Source of the DNA: Synechococcus sp.
Lineage (GTDB): Bacteria; Cyanobacteriota; Cyanobacteriia; PCC-6307; Cyanobiaceae
DNA: 64,000 nt
NCBI GenBank assembly: GCA_047284725.1
Contig: JBJBEO010000001.1
Span: 920,203 to 984,202 of the forward strand
Direction: 5' to 3'
Part shown: positions 35,808-45,719 of the stretch, piece by piece
Position numbering within the stretch: the first letter of the stretch is position 1
How the letters are laid out: each line of letters opens with the position of its first letter
Made by a program: the position numbers and the translations under genes
The notes under the pieces: model-generated
Seen by the model: the letters and a program-made list of their open reading frames with translations, nothing else
Told to the model about the DNA's origin: nothing
The model's database searches: none

Positions 35808-36380
35808 ATGCCGTTACTCCCGCTTGAGAGACGGGGTGCCCAGCATCCCCCCACGGGCTCACCACCCAGTGAACGCTTCAACCTTGACAGCAATTTGAGG
35901 CGTTGGTTCGCACGCAACCTTGGAACCTGGCGTTCGAGACGCCAATACATTTTCCATGATGAGGAGGTCCTCTACCTCGACATGGTGATTCGGGTGGAGA
36001 TTTTTGCGGAATCCGCCGTTGGTGCGCCCCGGTATCGGTTCAGTTGGTGGCCTGAAAAGGAGACCGATTTCTTTGATCGCAAGCCTCGCTATGAGCGTCA
36101 AGGCGTCATGGAGTCGACTTTGCTGGGGCACCAGCTCCAGCGCGACAGGGCTTATCTCGAAGACATTCCTGTGCGTAGTCAGATTCGCCAGGTTGATGAG
36201 CACGAAGTGGTGTTTGAATCGCACTACGCCGACTGGCATGTGCTGGAGCACACCCGTCTGATCGATCAAGACCGATACCGCTCGCGGGCCATCTACAGCT
36301 GGCAGAAAGGTGATCTGGCCATTGTTGAGCACCATCACGAAACAAGGCTGGAAGACGCTTCTGAGCCGATCGCGGCCTGA
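35808..36380 (+). CDS. Conserved hypothetical protein, possibly CpcS/CpeS-like beta-barrel
   Basis: 190-aa ORF; WF..NLG.WRSRR loosely resembles the S-type bilin lyase N-terminus. Confidence 0.65.
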   Translation: MPLLPLERRGAQHPPTGSPPSERFNLDSNLRRWFARNLGTWRSRRQYIFHDEEVLYLDMVIRVEIFAESAVGAPRYRFSWWPEKETDFFDRKPRYERQGVMESTLLGHQLQRDRAYLEDIPVRSQIRQVDEHEVVFESHYADWHVLEHTRLIDQDRYRSRAIYSWQKGDLAIVEHHHETRLEDASEPIAA

Positions 36381-36477
36381 ACGGCGAACACACTGATCTG
36401 ACCGCATCAGCGGGTCGGATCAGACTTGGTCATCGATTGATTGGTGAAACACCCCTGAGATACGGCACGATGGTGCG

Positions 36478-36915
36478 GTGATTCGATTCGGTCAGTTGTT
36501 TACGTTCTCCCGCAGTGCACGTCTGCTGTTGTCAGCTTCACTGGCGCTGACTCCCTTCGCGTTGTCCACGCCTGCTGCTCAGGCGCAGCAGGCCAATGCC
36601 GCTAAACCAGCTGCTCCAGAAGACATCGTCCTCTATCGGGGTGTGGGGTCGTCGTACGTCTGCAACGCCCGGGCTGCAAAGGTTGAATTCCCCAAAGCTG
36701 TCGGTATCGCTGCGGCTACCTATGTCCAACTCCTTAACGGACGCCATGGTGGAAAGGTTGAGTCTGCAGGCAGCAAGAAGCTCACCAATGAGCAGCTGTT
36801 TGCGGGGGCTGAATTTCAGATCATCACAGGAGCCATGCAGTTCTGCCCAGACGAGGTCCCTGCGGATGTGAAGTCAAAAGTTGAGGCTGCGATCAAGAAA
36901 CAAAACGCCAACTGA
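36478..36915 (+). CDS. Conserved picocyanobacterial exported protein
   Basis: Signal-peptide-like N-terminus ending AQA; followed by a terminator. Confidence 0.75.
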   Translation: MIRFGQLFTFSRSARLLLSASLALTPFALSTPAAQAQQANAAKPAAPEDIVLYRGVGSSYVCNARAAKVEFPKAVGIAAATYVQLLNGRHGGKVESAGSKKLTNEQLFAGAEFQIITGAMQFCPDEVPADVKSKVEAAIKKQNAN

Positions 36916-36929
36916 AGTCTGGAGATCCG

Positions 36930-36967
36930 GCCCCATCGTTGCCCTTACGGCAGCGATGGGGCTTTTT
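36930..36967 (+). terminator. Intrinsic terminator
   Basis: GCCCCATCGTTGCC-loop-GGCAGCGATGGGGC followed by TTTTT. Confidence 0.88.
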
Positions 36968-37061
36968 GTTGCCCATGGCGCATCGTCTGAGCCTTCCCCA
37001 GGAATGAGTGCCACGACAGGGGATGGAGACGCGTCAGGATCACTGCAGTGATCGGTTCTCC

Positions 37062-39680
37062 ATGGCTGCAGGTTCCACCGTTCGTCTCGCTGATTACCAG
37101 CCTTATCCCTTCAAGGTGGCCACTGTTTATCTGGATGTTCAGGTGCAGGAGCGGTTGGTGCAGATCACCAGCACCATGGCCGTGGAGCCTCGCCGCGCAG
37201 GATCTTCAGAACCGATGCTCCTGCGCGGCGAGGGGTTGGACCTTGTCGAGATTTCTCTTGATGGACAGCCCTTGGATGCCAGTCGTTATCGCCTGGATGA
37301 TCAGGCTCTCGAGGTGCATCAACCTCCTGCGCAAGCCTTTGAACTGAAGACGGTTTGTCGCCTTGACCCATTTGCCAATGCCTCTCTGGAGGGGCTCTAT
37401 GCCAGTGGGGGCATGCTCACGACCCAATGCGAGGCGGAGGGTTTCCGGCGGATCACCTTTCATCCCGATCGCCCTGACGTCCTTAGCCGTTATCGCGTAC
37501 GCATTGAAGCCGATCGACAGCACTACCCGGTCTTGCTGTCCAATGGCAACCTGATCCGTGCTGGAGTCCTTGATTCTGATTCCGGACGCCATGAGGCGAT
37601 CTGGGACGATCCCTTCCCCAAGCCCTCCTATCTCTTTGCCCTTGTTGCCGGTGATCTGCGCGAGGTGCATGACCGTTTCACGACGGCCTCCGGCCGCGAG
37701 GTGGCTCTTCGCTTGCATGTGGAACCCGGAGACGAACCATTCACGGCCCATGCCATGGCCTCGCTGCAACGGTCGATGGCCTGGGATGAGCAGGTCTATG
37801 GCCTCGAATATGACCTCGAGGAGTTCAACACCGTTGCAGTGCGCCACTTCAACATGGGCGCGATGGAGAACAAGAGTCTCAATATCTTCAACTCCAAGTT
37901 GGTGCTGGCCGATGCTGAAACAGCCACCGATGGGGAACTTGAACGGATTGAGAGCGTGGTGGCCCACGAGTACTTCCATAACTGGTCCGGCAATCGCATC
38001 ACCTGTCGCGATTGGTTCCAGCTTTCACTGAAAGAGGGGCTCACGGTGTTTCGCGATCAGTGTTTCACCGCTGATCTGCACTCACCGGCGTTGAAGCGCA
38101 TCGAAGATGCCGCGATGCTGCGCAACACCCAGTTCCGGGAAGATGCCGGGCCCACAGCCCATCCCGTCAAGCCTGATGCCTACCAGGCGATCGATAACTT
38201 CTACACCACCACGATTTATGAGAAAGGAGCCGAGTTGATCCGCATGCTCCAGACCTTGCTGGGACAAGCACGGTTCATGCGTGGCATGGCGTTGTACTTC
38301 CAGCGTCATGACGGAGAAGCCGCGACGACCAATGATTTCGTTGCCGCGATCGTGGAAGGGGCAACCCAGGATGGACAGCCCCTCGGGTTTGATCCCGTTC
38401 AATTCGAGCGCTGGTATCGCCAAGCCGGTACACCGATGGTGCAGGTGAAAAGAGTCTGGGAACGCCAGCAGGGTCGCCTGACCCTGACCTTCTGTCAACG
38501 CACGCCTCCGACGCCAGGCCAGCCTGAGAAGCAGGCCGTGGTGATTCCGGTGTTGTGGTCTGTCGTGGCAGCCGATGGAGGCCCTGGTGAGGAACAGTTG
38601 TTGGTGCTTGATCAGCCGGAACAAACGGTGGTCCTCGAGGGTCTGCCACCCACAGATCAACCTCCAGCCCTGTCGCTGTTCCGGCAGTTTTCAGCACCGG
38701 TGCAATGGCAGGCCGATCAGACCCCAGAGGAGTTGTTTCATCTGTTTGCTTACGACAACGATGCGTTTGCCAGGTGGAATGCAGGCCAGCAGCTTTGGCA
38801 GAGCATGCTGCTGGCAAGGGCAGAGGGGTCTGCGGATGCCGCTCTGGAGCAGCAGATGCTGGCAGCCCTGAAGGTGATGCTTTGCGATAAGGGGGAGCAG
38901 GACGCAGCGGTGCTCGCCACGTTGCTCAGTTTCCCTGGTACTCCAGAACTGGAGGCTCTTCAGAGTGTTGCCGATCCCTTGTCGCTGTATCTGGCGGGCT
39001 GTGCCTTGCGGGAACAGCTCGGCCGTGGACTTCAGCCTGAGCTGAGACAGCGTCTTGCGCAGCTGCAACCGCACCTCGATCAGGCCTGGCCTGCCGGGCA
39101 AGGAGAACGGCAACTCACCGGCGTGATCTGGAGTTGGTTGGCAGCAGCGGGAGATCAGGCCGTGCTTGATCAGGCCCTGGCAGCGGTGACTGGCCCCTCG
39201 ATGACGATGTCGCGCTCAGCGTTGCGGGCCCTCCAACCGCTTGACGTGACCCAAAGAGAGGTGGCTCTTCAGCATTTTCATGATCGCTGGCAGGAGCGGC
39301 CGGTCATTTTTGATAGTTGGTTCGCTCTGGAGGCCTCGACCCCAAGGGAGGATGGTTTGGATCGGATTCAGGCCCTGCTCCAGCATCCTCGCTTCGATCC
39401 GATGGCTCCGAATGCAGTGCGGGCCGTGCTGGGGGGATTGGCCGGCAATCCCGTTGTCTTTCATGCCCTCGATGGTCGCGGCTATCGCCTGATGGCCGAA
39501 CAGATCATTGCGGTGGATCAGCGCAATGCAATCACGGCATCACGGATGGCGAAGGTGTTCAGCCGTTGGCGTTGTTACAGCCCAACCCGTCAGGCACAGG
39601 TTCGGGAGGCCCTCGCCTTGCTGGAGTCGGCGAAGTTGTCGACCAACACCCGTGAGGTGGTGGCCATGATGACCGCCTGA
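37062..39680 (+). CDS. pepN: Aminopeptidase N (peptidase M1)
   Basis: GAMEN and HEYFH...LKEG zinc motifs; ATG at 37062. Confidence 0.96.
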   Translation: MAAGSTVRLADYQPYPFKVATVYLDVQVQERLVQITSTMAVEPRRAGSSEPMLLRGEGLDLVEISLDGQPLDASRYRLDDQALEVHQPPAQAFELKTVCRLDPFANASLEGLYASGGMLTTQCEAEGFRRITFHPDRPDVLSRYRVRIEADRQHYPVLLSNGNLIRAGVLDSDSGRHEAIWDDPFPKPSYLFALVAGDLREVHDRFTTASGREVALRLHVEPGDEPFTAHAMASLQRSMAWDEQVYGLEYDLEEFNTVAVRHFNMGAMENKSLNIFNSKLVLADAETATDGELERIESVVAHEYFHNWSGNRITCRDWFQLSLKEGLTVFRDQCFTADLHSPALKRIEDAAMLRNTQFREDAGPTAHPVKPDAYQAIDNFYTTTIYEKGAELIRMLQTLLGQARFMRGMALYFQRHDGEAATTNDFVAAIVEGATQDGQPLGFDPVQFERWYRQAGTPMVQVKRVWERQQGRLTLTFCQRTPPTPGQPEKQAVVIPVLWSVVAADGGPGEEQLLVLDQPEQTVVLEGLPPTDQPPALSLFRQFSAPVQWQADQTPEELFHLFAYDNDAFARWNAGQQLWQSMLLARAEGSADAALEQQMLAALKVMLCDKGEQDAAVLATLLSFPGTPELEALQSVADPLSLYLAGCALREQLGRGLQPELRQRLAQLQPHLDQAWPAGQGERQLTGVIWSWLAAAGDQAVLDQALAAVTGPSMTMSRSALRALQPLDVTQREVALQHFHDRWQERPVIFDSWFALEASTPREDGLDRIQALLQHPRFDPMAPNAVRAVLGGLAGNPVVFHALDGRGYRLMAEQIIAVDQRNAITASRMAKVFSRWRCYSPTRQAQVREALALLESAKLSTNTREVVAMMTA

Positions 39681-40061
39681 TCGCGGAGTTTTCCCCAGAT
39701 GGGTTGGGCGCGGCACCGCCTGGCCCCTCTTTTCCACAAAAAAGCCGGTCGCGAGACCGGCCGGGTGATGGGGATTTCCACAGTTTATCCTGCTGCGGGG
39801 CTGAGTGGAGGCTTTTCAGCGCGTTTTGCCCTTGGATGTCTCGTTTCTCCACAGGCGGAGTCTGGGGAGGGGGTGAGGGGTGTTTTTGATGGCGGTTGCC
39901 AGGCAGTTAGAGGTTCTTCCAGGCAGTCAAAGGTTCTGGTCTCAATGCTGCTGATTGATCTGTGGATTGCGATCAGCGTCACTCTGCGAATTCTGAACTG
40001 ATTGTTGTCTGGCCGGTTTGGTGAGTCTCGGCAGTCAATGGAGGCTTGACTTCGTGTTTGA

Positions 40062-40084
40062 AGTTATGCATGCCTTGCATAACT
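40062..40084. promoter_or_regulatory. Perfect 9-bp inverted repeat upstream of the AbrB-like gene (candidate operator)
   Basis: AGTTATGCA-TGCCT-TGCATAACT, about 45 bp before the ATG. Confidence 0.5.
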
Positions 40085-40128
40085 AACGCGTGAGTGTGTA
40101 TGTTTCATGTAATTCATCATCGAAAAGA

Positions 40129-40524
40129 ATGCTCACTGGATCGGACCTGCTTGCCAAGGTGAAAGAGCTTGGCGATGTCTCCAAGACTGATCTGGCAACT
40201 GCTTGTGGCTACGTCTCCGATAAGAAAGACGGTGGTCAGCGCGTGAATTTCACGGCCTTCTATGAGGCGCTTCTCAATGCCAAGGGAATTGATCTGGGCG
40301 CAGGAACGAAAGGAATTGGCAAGGGCGGTCGCAAGCTCTCCTACGTGGCCACTGTGCAGGGAAATGGCAACCTTCTGATTGGTAAGGCCTACACCGCCAT
40401 GCTCAACCTCGAGCCCGGCGATGAGTTTGAAATCAAGCTTGGGAAGAAAGCCATTCGTTTAATCCCTACCGGAGCAGCTGCCACCCACAGCGACAGTGCG
40501 GCCATGGAGGACGGCGAAGAGTGA
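40129..40524 (+). CDS. AbrB-like transcriptional regulator (cyanobacterial type)
   Basis: MLTGSDLLAKVK, FTAFYEALLNAKG, VQGNGNLLIGKAY motifs. Confidence 0.9.
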   Translation: MLTGSDLLAKVKELGDVSKTDLATACGYVSDKKDGGQRVNFTAFYEALLNAKGIDLGAGTKGIGKGGRKLSYVATVQGNGNLLIGKAYTAMLNLEPGDEFEIKLGKKAIRLIPTGAAATHSDSAAMEDGEE

Positions 40525-40554
40525 GCCTCTGTGCTCCAGACACTTCTCATGATC

Positions 40555-40580
40555 AGCCCCGCTTCACGGCGGGGCTTTTT
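40555..40580 (+). terminator. Intrinsic terminator
   Basis: AGCCCCGC-TTCACG-GCGGGGCTTTTT. Confidence 0.88.
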
Positions 40581-40613
40581 GTTGGCTTCGCTTGGTTTGG
40601 CACGTTGTCCTGA

Positions 40614-41780
40614 TCAGGGATTGGTGCCCAGCTTGATCAAGGCTTTTCGTCTGAACTCCCCGCCCTCTTTGCCAGCATGAGCGCCCCAAAGTCCTTCCCA
40701 GTAGAAAAAGATGATTCCATAACCCCGTTCTCGACTGAGACGCACTTTCTCGGTCAAGACGGGGATGGATGTGGTGCGGTCACCAAAGCCAGCCAGGATG
40801 CCGATTTGGACGGGGATGCCCCATTGCCGCGCTTTGCGTAGAGCTGGCTGGTCGAGGTCTTTGGCGAATCCCTGGAGGGAATAGGCGTAGTTCTGAACGA
40901 CGAGATCATCGATGAGTTCACCGACGGCCCACAGTTCCCAATCCTGAAGCCAGTGGTTGTAAGCGAACCGAAAGGGGCCCGGAGACAGGGAGATGCGTCG
41001 TGGTAATCCCTCCTGCTTGAGGCGCTGGCGCAGTTCCCGCAACAAACCTGTGAGTTTTCGGCGCCTCCAGGTCATCCAGGTGCGATTGGTGTGGTCGGCA
41101 GGGGGGTGAACCCCGGTTTCTTGCTGGTAGAGCGTCACCGTGTATGGGTCGTACCCCAGCTCCACAGGCCAAGCGAAATGGTCATCCAGCTGGATGCCAT
41201 GCACCGGGCAGCGTTGGAGCACTTCCACCACTAAGCCGATGAATCGTTCTTTCACCTCTGGATGGGCTGGGTTGAGCCACACCATCTCCTTGCCATGCAT
41301 CCTGACCACAGGGTTGCCATTGGCCTTGGCCAGAACCCAGTCAGGGTTGTTCAGAACGGCGTCTGAGTCGGCTGGTTGCATCAGGCCGTACTCAAACCAG
41401 GGCACCACCCTCATCCCTTGCTTGCGGGCTTCCAGGCTGAAGCTGCAGATGGGATCAATGTTGACCCCGGCCTTGGCCAAGGTCGGTTCCACAGGTGCAA
41501 AGCGGCTGGTATGAAACGTGGTGCCTCGACTCCACACATTGGGATAGATCGCGTTGAACCCTGCTTCTTTCAACTCAGCAACAGCTTGCTTGATGCGTTG
41601 ACGGTTGTAATAAACAGGGCTTGGGCTGTTGGTGATCCAGACCCCGAAGGTGCTGGCTGGTGGGGCGTTACTTGGTAATTCAGCTGCCCAAGCGCTTCGA
41701 GTGGCTGGGGGCTTTGTCCTCGCATGGCTTGGGAGCGACCCCAGGATGGGTTCCAATGCCACCAGTGAACCTGTCAACAT
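40614..41780 (-). CDS. Glycoside hydrolase-like family 10 (GHL10/DUF187) protein (start uncertain)
   Basis: GVWIT, PWFEYG, WLNPAHPEV and GIQLDDHF motifs. Confidence 0.85.
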   Translation of the reverse strand: MLTGSLVALEPILGSLPSHARTKPPATRSAWAAELPSNAPPASTFGVWITNSPSPVYYNRQRIKQAVAELKEAGFNAIYPNVWSRGTTFHTSRFAPVEPTLAKAGVNIDPICSFSLEARKQGMRVVPWFEYGLMQPADSDAVLNNPDWVLAKANGNPVVRMHGKEMVWLNPAHPEVKERFIGLVVEVLQRCPVHGIQLDDHFAWPVELGYDPYTVTLYQQETGVHPPADHTNRTWMTWRRRKLTGLLRELRQRLKQEGLPRRISLSPGPFRFAYNHWLQDWELWAVGELIDDLVVQNYAYSLQGFAKDLDQPALRKARQWGIPVQIGILAGFGDRTTSIPVLTEKVRLSRERGYGIIFFYWEGLWGAHAGKEGGEFRRKALIKLGTNP

Positions 41781-41853
41781 CAACGTTCCTGCAGCGGAAC
41801 AGGCTCGCTTGCGAAGAGCACCTATCACACAGCGCTGCAAGTTGCTGATCGCA

Positions 41854-42849
41854 TCAGCGGAACATGGAGCTGACGGAACTTTCTTCATGGATCCGCCAGA
41901 TCGCTTCTCCAAGCATGTTGGCGACCGACAGCACTTTGAGCTGAGCGAACGTGCGATCTGGAGGAATGGGAATGCTGTTGGTCACCACCACCTGCTCAAA
42001 CAACCCTTCGGTGGACAGTCGTTCACAGGCAGGCGGTGAGAACACCGCATGGGTGGCGCAAGCCAAGACCCGATTGGCTCCCTGCTGGCGCAGCAGCCTG
42101 GCGCCGGAGCAGATGGTGCCGCCGGTGTCGATCATGTCATCGATGAGAATCGCTGTTTTGCTCTCAACATCGCCGATCACGGTGAGGCTTTCCGCTTTGT
42201 TGTGGCCGGTGCGGCGTTTATCAATGATGGCGAGGGGGGCGTCGTTCATCTGTTTTGCAAAGGCCCGAGCCCTCGCTACACCCCCCACATCGGGCGAGAC
42301 CACGACGATTTGTCCCAGCTCCTGGGCGGAGAGATAGTCCACCAACACTGGCGATCCGTAAATGTGGTCACAGGGAATATCGAAATAACCCTGAATCTGC
42401 GCTGAGTGAAGGTCCATCGCCAGCACACGATCGACGCCTGACTGGGCCAGAAGATTGGCCGTGAGTTTGGCTGTGATCGATTCGCGTCCTGCCGTTTTTC
42501 GGTCAGCTCGTGCATAGCCGTAATACGGCACCACAGCGGTGATCTGACGTGCTGAGGCCCGTCGACAGGCGTCCACCATGATCAGCAGCTCCATCAGGTG
42601 ATCATTCACCGGAGCACAAGTGGGCTGGATCAGGAAGACATCGCATCCCCTGATGGATTCCTGGATCTGCACATAGAGCTCGCCGTCGGCGAAGCGTTTG
42701 CACACTCTTGGCCCGTCGGGCACACCCAGATAGGCAGAAATCTCCTGCGCGAGCGCAGGATTCGACGTTCCACTGAAAAGCCGCAGCCTGCGATTGTCCG
42801 AGTGGATCTTCTCCTGCTCAGTACGGGCTGCAGCAAGGAAACTGGTCAC
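41854..42849 (-). CDS. prs: Ribose-phosphate pyrophosphokinase
   Basis: RFADGE, DLHSAQIQGYFD, VVSPDVGG, LIDDMIDTGGT. GTG start at 42849. Confidence 0.96.
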   Translation of the reverse strand: MTSFLAAARTEQEKIHSDNRRLRLFSGTSNPALAQEISAYLGVPDGPRVCKRFADGELYVQIQESIRGCDVFLIQPTCAPVNDHLMELLIMVDACRRASARQITAVVPYYGYARADRKTAGRESITAKLTANLLAQSGVDRVLAMDLHSAQIQGYFDIPCDHIYGSPVLVDYLSAQELGQIVVVSPDVGGVARARAFAKQMNDAPLAIIDKRRTGHNKAESLTVIGDVESKTAILIDDMIDTGGTICSGARLLRQQGANRVLACATHAVFSPPACERLSTEGLFEQVVVTNSIPIPPDRTFAQLKVLSVANMLGEAIWRIHEESSVSSMFR

Positions 42850-42945
42850 GACGCCCGTCAAGGAGAACAGCTGTGTCCCGATCGTAGTGCCGGGCCGGAC
42901 ACCCACCCACGCGGACTGGTAGCCCAAGCTCGTTAAGGTCGTTGA

Positions 42946-43452
42946 ATGCTCAATCGATCTGTGATGGTGATCGGTGCAGGGCCTCTGCCCGAGTTGCTGA
43001 TGGCCAGGGGCTGCACCACCCTGGCTCAGGCGGTTGGTCTGCCTTTGTGCACTGTGAACGTGGGGCAAGCGCCTGATCCTTGGTTCAGCAGGCAGGTGGC
43101 TGCATCCCCAGCACTGATGCGACTCTGCGGCGATGCCGCGCGGATCAGTCGTGATGGAAGCAGTTGGCTCGATGCCCTTGGTGCCTGGCAGATCCCCACC
43201 GTGGTTCTGGCGGTGACAGAGTCTGACGGTGCTGTTCCAGGCATCGTTCCAGCCACCATCGCGTTGTGCAAAGCTCGTCGTGTACCCCTGAAAGCTCTGC
43301 TTCAGTTGGGTGACAGCTGGAACAGATGTGAGCGGCTCAGGGACGGCTTGCCTTGGCAAGGATGGCTCTCTGCTCGGAACGAAGATGGCCTGGACGGTGT
43401 CGTGGCCTTGCTGCGGGGGCAGCTGGCAGTGCCGTCAACGCCTCAATTCTGA
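42946..43452 (+). CDS. Conserved hypothetical protein
   Basis: 168-aa ORF filling the gap between prs and the LCP gene. Confidence 0.6.
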   Translation: MLNRSVMVIGAGPLPELLMARGCTTLAQAVGLPLCTVNVGQAPDPWFSRQVAASPALMRLCGDAARISRDGSSWLDALGAWQIPTVVLAVTESDGAVPGIVPATIALCKARRVPLKALLQLGDSWNRCERLRDGLPWQGWLSARNEDGLDGVVALLRGQLAVPSTPQF

Positions 43453-44420
43453 ATCGGCCACAGTGGTTGTTTGGCATTGGCCTTGATCTGCCGCAGCGGC
43501 TGTTCACCCGCCCGTGGCGCCAGGGGAAGGGTGGTAAACACCGGAGGTTTCTGGCTGGTGAGTGCTGCAGCCGTCAGGCTCAACCACTCCTTGGTGCTGA
43601 GATCAGTTTCCACCTGGGAACTCAGCTCACTGACGAGTCCTGGAAGCACAAGGATGGAGTCAGGCTGTTCCAGTTGTTCTTGGATGGCCCGCATCAGTAA
43701 TTGTTGACGCAGTCGGCGTTCCTGTTCCTTGAGGGGATCTGGACGGAAGCGGGCGAGCTGCTCAGCTTGCGCTCCATTCAAGGTCTGGCGGCCTGCCTGG
43801 AGGTTGACGCTGAAGTCCTGACTGCGGTCCTTGTGACGCAGGGTCTGACTGAGGCGTACATCCACATCGCCGAGCCCATCCACCAACGCGCGTAGGGCAC
43901 GGCGTGGCATCACCACGTAGCGACTCGGTTCTCCATCGGGGAGTCCCACCACTTTCGACACCACATCAGAGGTCAGGGCGACGCCTCCCCGCCTGTAGCT
44001 GCTGGCCATGGGTTGCATGGTGTCGCTGCCCGGCAAATTCACACCCAGCTCAGTCGGCAACTGGAGGATTCGCAGGGGTTCGTCCGTTTGCACCCTGATC
44101 AGCATCAGGCTGTCGGCGTTGGCAGGCCCCGTGGGGGCAGCCCGATTGACGGGGTCATTGATGCCATTGGCATCAATCCCCACCACCAACACCGTGATCG
44201 GTCGGCTGGGCAGCGGGGCCAGGCTGCTGGGAGCATCTGCCGAGGGGAGGACAGGAGCGATCCGATCGGCCTCTGGCCACAGCGTTGATAGAACGCTGCC
44301 CATAATCCAGATGCTGCCGACGGCGGCGCTAATGCGCAGCAGAGTCCTGCCGGGATGGTTGCCCAGCCGGCGGCTCTGATGTCCTGGTTGCGCGTTGCGC
44401 TTTTGTCCCCGGGCCGACAT
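43443..44420 (-). CDS. LytR-CpsA-Psr (LCP) family protein
   Basis: Single TM helix, LVVGID, ADSLMLI, LVDGLGDVDV, G.QTLNG.QA..LARFR. Confidence 0.88.
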   Translation of the reverse strand: MSARGQKRNAQPGHQSRRLGNHPGRTLLRISAAVGSIWIMGSVLSTLWPEADRIAPVLPSADAPSSLAPLPSRPITVLVVGIDANGINDPVNRAAPTGPANADSLMLIRVQTDEPLRILQLPTELGVNLPGSDTMQPMASSYRRGGVALTSDVVSKVVGLPDGEPSRYVVMPRRALRALVDGLGDVDVRLSQTLRHKDRSQDFSVNLQAGRQTLNGAQAEQLARFRPDPLKEQERRLRQQLLMRAIQEQLEQPDSILVLPGLVSELSSQVETDLSTKEWLSLTAAALTSQKPPVFTTLPLAPRAGEQPLRQIKANAKQPLWPIQN

Positions 44421-44502
44421 CCGCCGTGCTGATTTCAAATAGTGCCCAGTCTTGCTCAACTTCAGCTGTTTAGCGTTGGAACTCTCGAGCCACGGCCCAT
44501 CT

Positions 44503-45711
44503 GTGACGCAAGCCCCCAGTTCTCCTGCTCCCCACGAACGGGCCAGGCCCATTCCCAGGGATGTGGTGCGGCCTGCCAAAGATCTCTGCAGTGACTGCGG
44601 CTTATGTGACTCCCGCTGGGTGGCTTATGTGCGCCAGGCCTGTGCGTTTCTTCAGCAGGACTTTGGGGGGATGGAACAGCGCCATCACGGCCGCACCCGT
44701 GACCTCGACAACGACGATGAGCTCTACTTCGGTGTGCAGGAGCGCATGCTCACCGCACGCCTGCGGGAGCCGATCGATGGAGCGCAGTGGACCGGGATTG
44801 TCAGTCATCTGGGTGTGCAGGCGTTGAAACGTGGTCTGGTCGATGCCGTTCTTTGCGTGCAGCAGAGTCCCGATGATCGCTTTCAACCGATGCCGGTGTT
44901 GGCTCGCACACCGGATGAAGTGCTTGCGGCGCGGGTGAACAAGCCGACCCTCTCCAACAACCTCTCGGTGTTGGAGCAGTTACCCGGCAGTGGCATCCGC
45001 AGGCTGTTGGCCATTGGCGTGGGTTGCCAGATTCAGGCTCTGCGGGCGGTGCAGGACACTTTGCCGCTCGATGAACTGTTTGTGCTCGGACTTCCTTGCG
45101 TCGACAACGTGTCACGTGAGGGGTTGAACACCTTTCTCAACAGCGCCAGCGCGTCCCCCGACACCGTGGTGCACTACGAGTTCATGCAGGACTTCCGTAT
45201 TCACTTCCGTCACAGTGACGGCCATGAGGAAACCGTGCCGTTCTTTGGGTTGGACACCCCCAAACTCAAGGACGTGTTCTCCCCCAGCTGTCTCAGTTGT
45301 TTTGATTACACCAATGCTGGAGCGGATCTGGTGGTGGGCTACATGGGTGCCGAATTTGGACGTCAGTGGTTGGTGGTCCGCAACCAACGCGGTGCCGCGT
45401 TACTCGATCTGATCGAAGCCGATCTCGACACGGCCCCTGTCACCAGCAAAGGCGATCGACGTGCCGCCGTTCAGCAGGGCATCGATGCTTACGACAAGGC
45501 CCTGAAGTTACCGATGTGGGTGGCTGAAGCCGTGGGCTGGGTGGTGCAACGGGTTGGCCCCAAGGGGCTGGAATATGGCCGCTTCTCGATCGACTCCCAT
45601 TTCACGCGCAATGCCCTCTGGGTGCGCAGGAACCATCCCGAGCTTTACGAGCGGCATCTCCCCGCGTTTGCGCGCCGCATTGTTGAGCGCTACAAGCTCC
45701 CCGCGTCCTGA
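44503..45711 (+). CDS. bciB: Ferredoxin-dependent 8-vinyl chlorophyllide reductase (FrhB-like family)
   Basis: AKDLCSDCGLCD, GAQWTGIV, GVGCQ, PCVDN, CLSCFDY; matches the Slr1923/CvrA type. GTG start at 44503. Confidence 0.85.
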   Translation: MTQAPSSPAPHERARPIPRDVVRPAKDLCSDCGLCDSRWVAYVRQACAFLQQDFGGMEQRHHGRTRDLDNDDELYFGVQERMLTARLREPIDGAQWTGIVSHLGVQALKRGLVDAVLCVQQSPDDRFQPMPVLARTPDEVLAARVNKPTLSNNLSVLEQLPGSGIRRLLAIGVGCQIQALRAVQDTLPLDELFVLGLPCVDNVSREGLNTFLNSASASPDTVVHYEFMQDFRIHFRHSDGHEETVPFFGLDTPKLKDVFSPSCLSCFDYTNAGADLVVGYMGAEFGRQWLVVRNQRGAALLDLIEADLDTAPVTSKGDRRAAVQQGIDAYDKALKLPMWVAEAVGWVVQRVGPKGLEYGRFSIDSHFTRNALWVRRNHPELYERHLPAFARRIVERYKLPAS

Positions 45712-45719
45712 CCGTGTCC

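Noticed and set aside
39689..39969. Chromosomal oriC
   Set aside because: No dnaN/dnaA context and no clear AT-rich unwinding element; kept only as a DnaA-box-like cluster.
42850..43359. Long N-terminal extensions in the track for prs (similarly sasA, LCP, phoB, GHL10)
   Set aside because: They overlap neighbouring genes or lack similarity; conserved sequence begins at the downstream starts.
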